Positions 60,704-64,000 of a stretch of DNA of 64,000 nucleotides are shown here, piece by piece. The stretch is from a phage. Made by a program: the position numbers and the translations under genes. How positions within the stretch are numbered: position 1 is the stretch's first letter; every line of letters starts with the position of its first letter. Under the pieces are notes generated by a model. The model was not told the origin of the DNA and ran no database searches. It saw only the letters and a list, made by a program, of their open reading frames with translations. The DNA lies in sequence record PX670417.1, one strand, 5' to 3'.

Positions 60704-60937
60704 ATGTGTGGTGAAAGAATGAAAAAGCTAACTACAGTTGAAGATTACTACAGGCTGTCTCTATTAGAACAATACCGTAGAAGTCAGAATATTAGAAAAT
60801 GCTATGGTAAACATGCTGAAGGTGACTTTTACCGTTGCTACGATGCAGATTTAAAAGGTGTAACACCTAGAGGGAAAGTCCTGCAAAGACTTGTTGACCT
60901 TGAGTGGAACAAACGATTGAGAGAGGTTGGAAAATGA
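60704..60937 (+). CDS. hypothetical protein
   Basis: ORF track 77 aa. Confidence 0.4.
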   Translation: MCGERMKKLTTVEDYYRLSLLEQYRRSQNIRKCYGKHAEGDFYRCYDADLKGVTPRGKVLQRLVDLEWNKRLREVGK

Positions 60938-61437
60938 TTTACGAAGAAAGATATAAGATAGATTATCAGGATACTCGTCATCATACTTCTTTGAGAGTAA
61001 CCAAACCAAATGGAGATACCGGTATCATAGCACATTTTGGTGGTGATTATTGGTATGGTACAGGTTGCTTTGAAGGCTACAATAAAGAATATTTGAAAGC
61101 TTTCTACAGAGACTTTACAAATGACTACAACAGGGTTGTTGACGAAAAGAATAAGTGCATTAAGCATGAACACCATGCCAGAGGTTGTTTAAGTACGGTA
61201 ATGGTACTGGCATTTTTCCTAGCAACATTACTGGCAGTATCAGCAATCAGTTCCATAGCTCAAGACTTAACCATTACACAGATTACTGCAAAGGTATATG
61301 ATGTTTGGTACTTGTATGCTGTTCCTTTAGTTGGTATCATCATCTCACTAATGAGATTCAGAGTTCATAAGAAACGACTTAAGGACTCTGAGGTTAAACT
61401 GGAAGAGGTAAGTAAAGAATGCAACCTACAATTATAG
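60934..61437 (+). CDS. membrane protein
   Basis: ORF track frame (GTG 60904); ATG 60934 preferred (ATGA overlap); hydrophobic segment MVLAFFLATLLAVSAISSIA. Confidence 0.45.
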   Translation: MIYEERYKIDYQDTRHHTSLRVTKPNGDTGIIAHFGGDYWYGTGCFEGYNKEYLKAFYRDFTNDYNRVVDEKNKCIKHEHHARGCLSTVMVLAFFLATLLAVSAISSIAQDLTITQITAKVYDVWYLYAVPLVGIIISLMRFRVHKKRLKDSEVKLEEVSKECNLQL

Positions 61438-61513
61438 CTGTATGTGTTCGTTTTGCAATCGCTGAAATGATTAACAAGGCAATCTTAAAAGATGCCTATG
61501 GAGAAACTAAGTA

Positions 61514-61738
61514 ATGATTAAGACACCTGTACCAATTTTTGGATTTCCTTCTATTGAAGAGTTCAAAGTTTATCTTGATAAAAACTTCTACAATGAGCAG
61601 CCTGTTACTCTGCTGAAGAGTGACCTATCAGAGCTTCTTGATATGGTTATCGAGGCAACTTCTGAGAAGGAACCTGAACAGAAAGCTGAGAAGAAGACTA
61701 GTAAGAAATCTGAAAAGAAAACTGAAAAGTCTGAGTAA
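61514..61738 (+). CDS. hypothetical protein (Lys/Glu-rich C-terminus)
   Basis: ORF track 74 aa. Confidence 0.4.
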   Translation: MIKTPVPIFGFPSIEEFKVYLDKNFYNEQPVTLLKSDLSELLDMVIEATSEKEPEQKAEKKTSKKSEKKTEKSE

Positions 61739-61791
61739 TAACTTGAGGGGTTACTTGATAGCCCCTTTGTAGAAACTTAGAAGGTAGCGAA

Positions 61792-62256
61792 ATGAAAATT
61801 AAAGAAGTAGTCCAAAAAGCAATGCTTGACAACTCAACTAAAGATGAAATGTACAAAGAGATTTGTGATAAGTTGAATTGTTCAAGACATGCTGCTAAGG
61901 CTCTTGTACATTGCTTTATCTGGGAATGCTCAGAAGCTTATATGCAATATGTAGCTTTTGAAAGTTCTCACTTACTAGGTGATGTAGAAGTTGGTGAGAA
62001 ACTAAAAGAACCTGAGATGAAAACAGTCCCTAAAGTTGGTAACGTATACCCTCTTAAAGACTTCAAGACTGGAAAGATTGTTGCAAAAGGTGTAGTAGAG
62101 CATGTTTATGATGATGGCGAATACTTACTTAAAGTATTTGAGTATGGTAGCCACTATACACACTTATGTGGGCTTACATTCTTTGTAACAAAAGAAGACC
62201 TCATTAAAAACAAAGACAACAAGTTTGCTGTTCCAGATTACCAAGTTTTACGATAA
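61792..62256 (+). CDS. hypothetical protein
   Basis: ORF track 154 aa. Confidence 0.5.
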   Translation: MKIKEVVQKAMLDNSTKDEMYKEICDKLNCSRHAAKALVHCFIWECSEAYMQYVAFESSHLLGDVEVGEKLKEPEMKTVPKVGNVYPLKDFKTGKIVAKGVVEHVYDDGEYLLKVFEYGSHYTHLCGLTFFVTKEDLIKNKDNKFAVPDYQVLR

Positions 62257-62269
62257 TGGTGTGATAGAT

Positions 62270-62818
62270 ATGAAAAAAGATAACTTAAAAGATGTTGAAG
62301 GCAACTATCTAGTCCTTGACTGGAATGATATTCGGGAAGCACTCTCCGAAGAAAGCCTTGACATACTAGAGCAACTTATCTTCTCAGTACGTCATACCAG
62401 AGGTATTGTAAACGGTAAAGAGCCATTAGAAGGAATCTTTGTAGAGAAGTCTTATCCGTTCTATGAAGACACTTTACAGAAAGTTAAAATGTACTTTAGA
62501 CAGAAGAACCGTAAAGTGGTCACTATGGTGTCTCTTGGTGGTCAGAGTATGTCTGTGATGGAAGATATTAACCCTAAGAGACCAAGTAAAGGTGTTTGTA
62601 TAAAAATCACAGGGCATGAAGAGTATATCTCAGTGGATGACTTTAGTGCATTCTGTAATGGTTCTGCTGTATTTAATGGGTTCCACTATGATATCCGAGT
62701 GTACCCAATCAAGGGAGATGATATCATGATGCAGATATTTGATAACAACAATGGATTTACTCATTTTTATCAGACAACCAAGTCATCACTGAAGACAGTT
62801 CTGGAAACATTGATTTAA
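62270..62818 (+). CDS. hypothetical protein
   Basis: ORF track frame (TTG 62225); ATG 62270 preferred. Confidence 0.45.
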   Translation: MKKDNLKDVEGNYLVLDWNDIREALSEESLDILEQLIFSVRHTRGIVNGKEPLEGIFVEKSYPFYEDTLQKVKMYFRQKNRKVVTMVSLGGQSMSVMEDINPKRPSKGVCIKITGHEEYISVDDFSAFCNGSAVFNGFHYDIRVYPIKGDDIMMQIFDNNNGFTHFYQTTKSSLKTVLETLI

Positions 62819-62827
62819 AATATCTTA

Positions 62828-62860
62828 AGAGCCTCCTTAATTGGGGGCTTTTTAATTTTT
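62828..62860 (+). terminator. rho-independent terminator (AGCCTCC-ttaatt-GGGGGCT + T-rich)
   Basis: 7-bp stem with one G-U pair then TTTTTAATTTTT; last gene before non-coding repeat region. Confidence 0.55.
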
Positions 62861-62948
62861 ATAAAATTTTATCGGTTGTCCCAACCTCTGGGTCACCATC
62901 ATATGTGAATAAAATATCTACCCTTCTTAACAACCTTCTTAAGCTTAC

Positions 62949-63001
62949 TCTCTATATATATAGTTATATAGTACTATATAGTATCTTAGTATCTATCTAG
63001 T
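62949..63001. repeat. AT-rich TATATAG/TATAGTA repeat cluster (DNA-unwinding-element-like)
   Basis: ctctatatatatagttatatagtactatatagtatcttagtatctatctag. Confidence 0.5.
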
Positions 63002-63014
63002 GGTCTTAATAGCC

Positions 63015-64000
63015 CCTCTGTATAACCCTTCTAAACACTCTTCTAACAAGCCTTCTTAACAACCTATACAATCACCTTAACCATCCCTCTACACCCTCTT
63101 AGAAGCCCCTATACACCTCTTAATCTCTATGTCAGCTATGTTACCCTCTATAGGTGTTCACTAGGTATTACTAAGCCTCTATATAGACTGTTTTAACAAA
63201 CTTAACAGGAATATCTTTACAGACCTTATCTCACAAGGTCTAACACGGTACTAACAAGGTATCTTATAAGCCTGTTTATGCCTGTATTTTTAAAAGACTG
63301 TCTAGGTAATTATTCAGAATTTTAAAATTTTTATAAAATAGGATTATCAAGTCATTTTTTAGGGTCTTTGAAGGAACTCAAAAATATCTGTAGAAGATGT
63401 ATATCTGCTTGGTAGCCCTTAACAGCCCTGTAACATCCCCTTTGCAGAATTTTAAAATATCATTAACAATCTCTTAACAGTTATTACATCTTCTTAACAT
63501 CTCTTCAGAGGTCTTAACAGATTTTTAACAGAACTAACAAGGGTTTAACAGTTTTCTAACAAGTGCTGAATAGTCTTTACAGATGATTAACAGATGACTA
63601 ACAAGAGCTAACAAGTTAATTTTTAAGAGTTATTTTGTTAAGATAATTAACAAGTTTCTAACAAGTGTTTAATCTTTTTAACAAGCTATTAACATGGTCA
63701 CTATCTCTTTCTTATCGTTCCCTTTCCCTCTTAGTGATTCTTTAAATAGCCCTCTTAAAAGCTCTCTATAGCTCCTTGTAAGCTCTTTTTAGTCTCTTTC
63801 TAGTAATTACACCCCAACTATGTAGAAAGCTCTTTATAGGGCTTTACAGGGGCTTTAAAGACTATGTCAAAGACTCTTACAAGGCTTTTACATGGTTTTA
63901 ACAGAGATTTAACAAGGGGCTAACAAGTTGCTAACAAGTGTCTTAAAAGCATAACTATGTAGGGTTTGTTAAGAAATTGTTAAGAAAATGTTAAGGGGGC
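63015..64000. repeat. dense array of short TAACA(A/G) / CTAACAAG motifs (iteron-like), with inverted TGTTAAG copies at the end
   Basis: At least 25 copies of TTAACAG / CTAACAAG / TTAACAA over about 1 kb with no ORFs; densest 63460-63700 at roughly 10-12 bp spacing; CTTGTTAAGAAATTGTTAAGAAAATGTTAAG at 63966-63995. Confidence 0.6.

Noticed and set aside
61741-61775. Hairpin AGGGG-N11-CCCCT after gene 61514-61738 as a terminator
   Set aside because: Only a 5-bp stem with an 11-nt loop and no U-run; too weak to call.

Overview
This window reads as a 64-kb segment of a tailed dsDNA bacteriophage genome with a mosaic layout, annotated by eye from the sequence and the ORF track (no database searches were run). 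Left arm, mostly minus strand (1-13.3 kb): nucleotide metabolism and replication genes (class I ribonucleotide reductase nrdA/nrdB, glutaredoxin-like protein, flap endonuclease, T7-gp2.5-like SSB with acidic tail, T7-gp4-like primase-helicase, T4-gp1-like dNMP kinase). Plus-strand block (13.5-24 kb): family A DNA polymerase, ATP-dependent DNA ligase, small proteins, dihydrofolate reductase and thymidylate synthase, interrupted by two large structured repeat regions. Minus-strand virion module (24.7-47.8 kb): two tail fibers with His-rich tips, a Mu/P2-like contractile tail and baseplate, lambda-like head genes (E-like capsid, S49 protease, decoration protein), portal and large terminase. A minus-strand array of about 26 tRNA genes (47.99-53.55 kb) appears to cover all 20 amino acids and carries embedded protein genes (HNH endonuclease, membrane protein), hairpin-bearing spacers and non-tRNA structured elements. 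It is followed by a vWA/MIDAS protein, a plus-strand block with an Ig-like protein and endolysin, and a 1.1-kb repeat-dense non-coding region (62.85-64.0 kb). The most interesting signals are the covarying structured repeats at 18.7-19.0 and 20.1-20.5 kb, the near-complete tRNA set, a G6 homopolymer frameshift in a tail fiber gene, and the iteron-like terminal non-coding region. tRNA coordinates and anticodons were folded by hand and are approximate.
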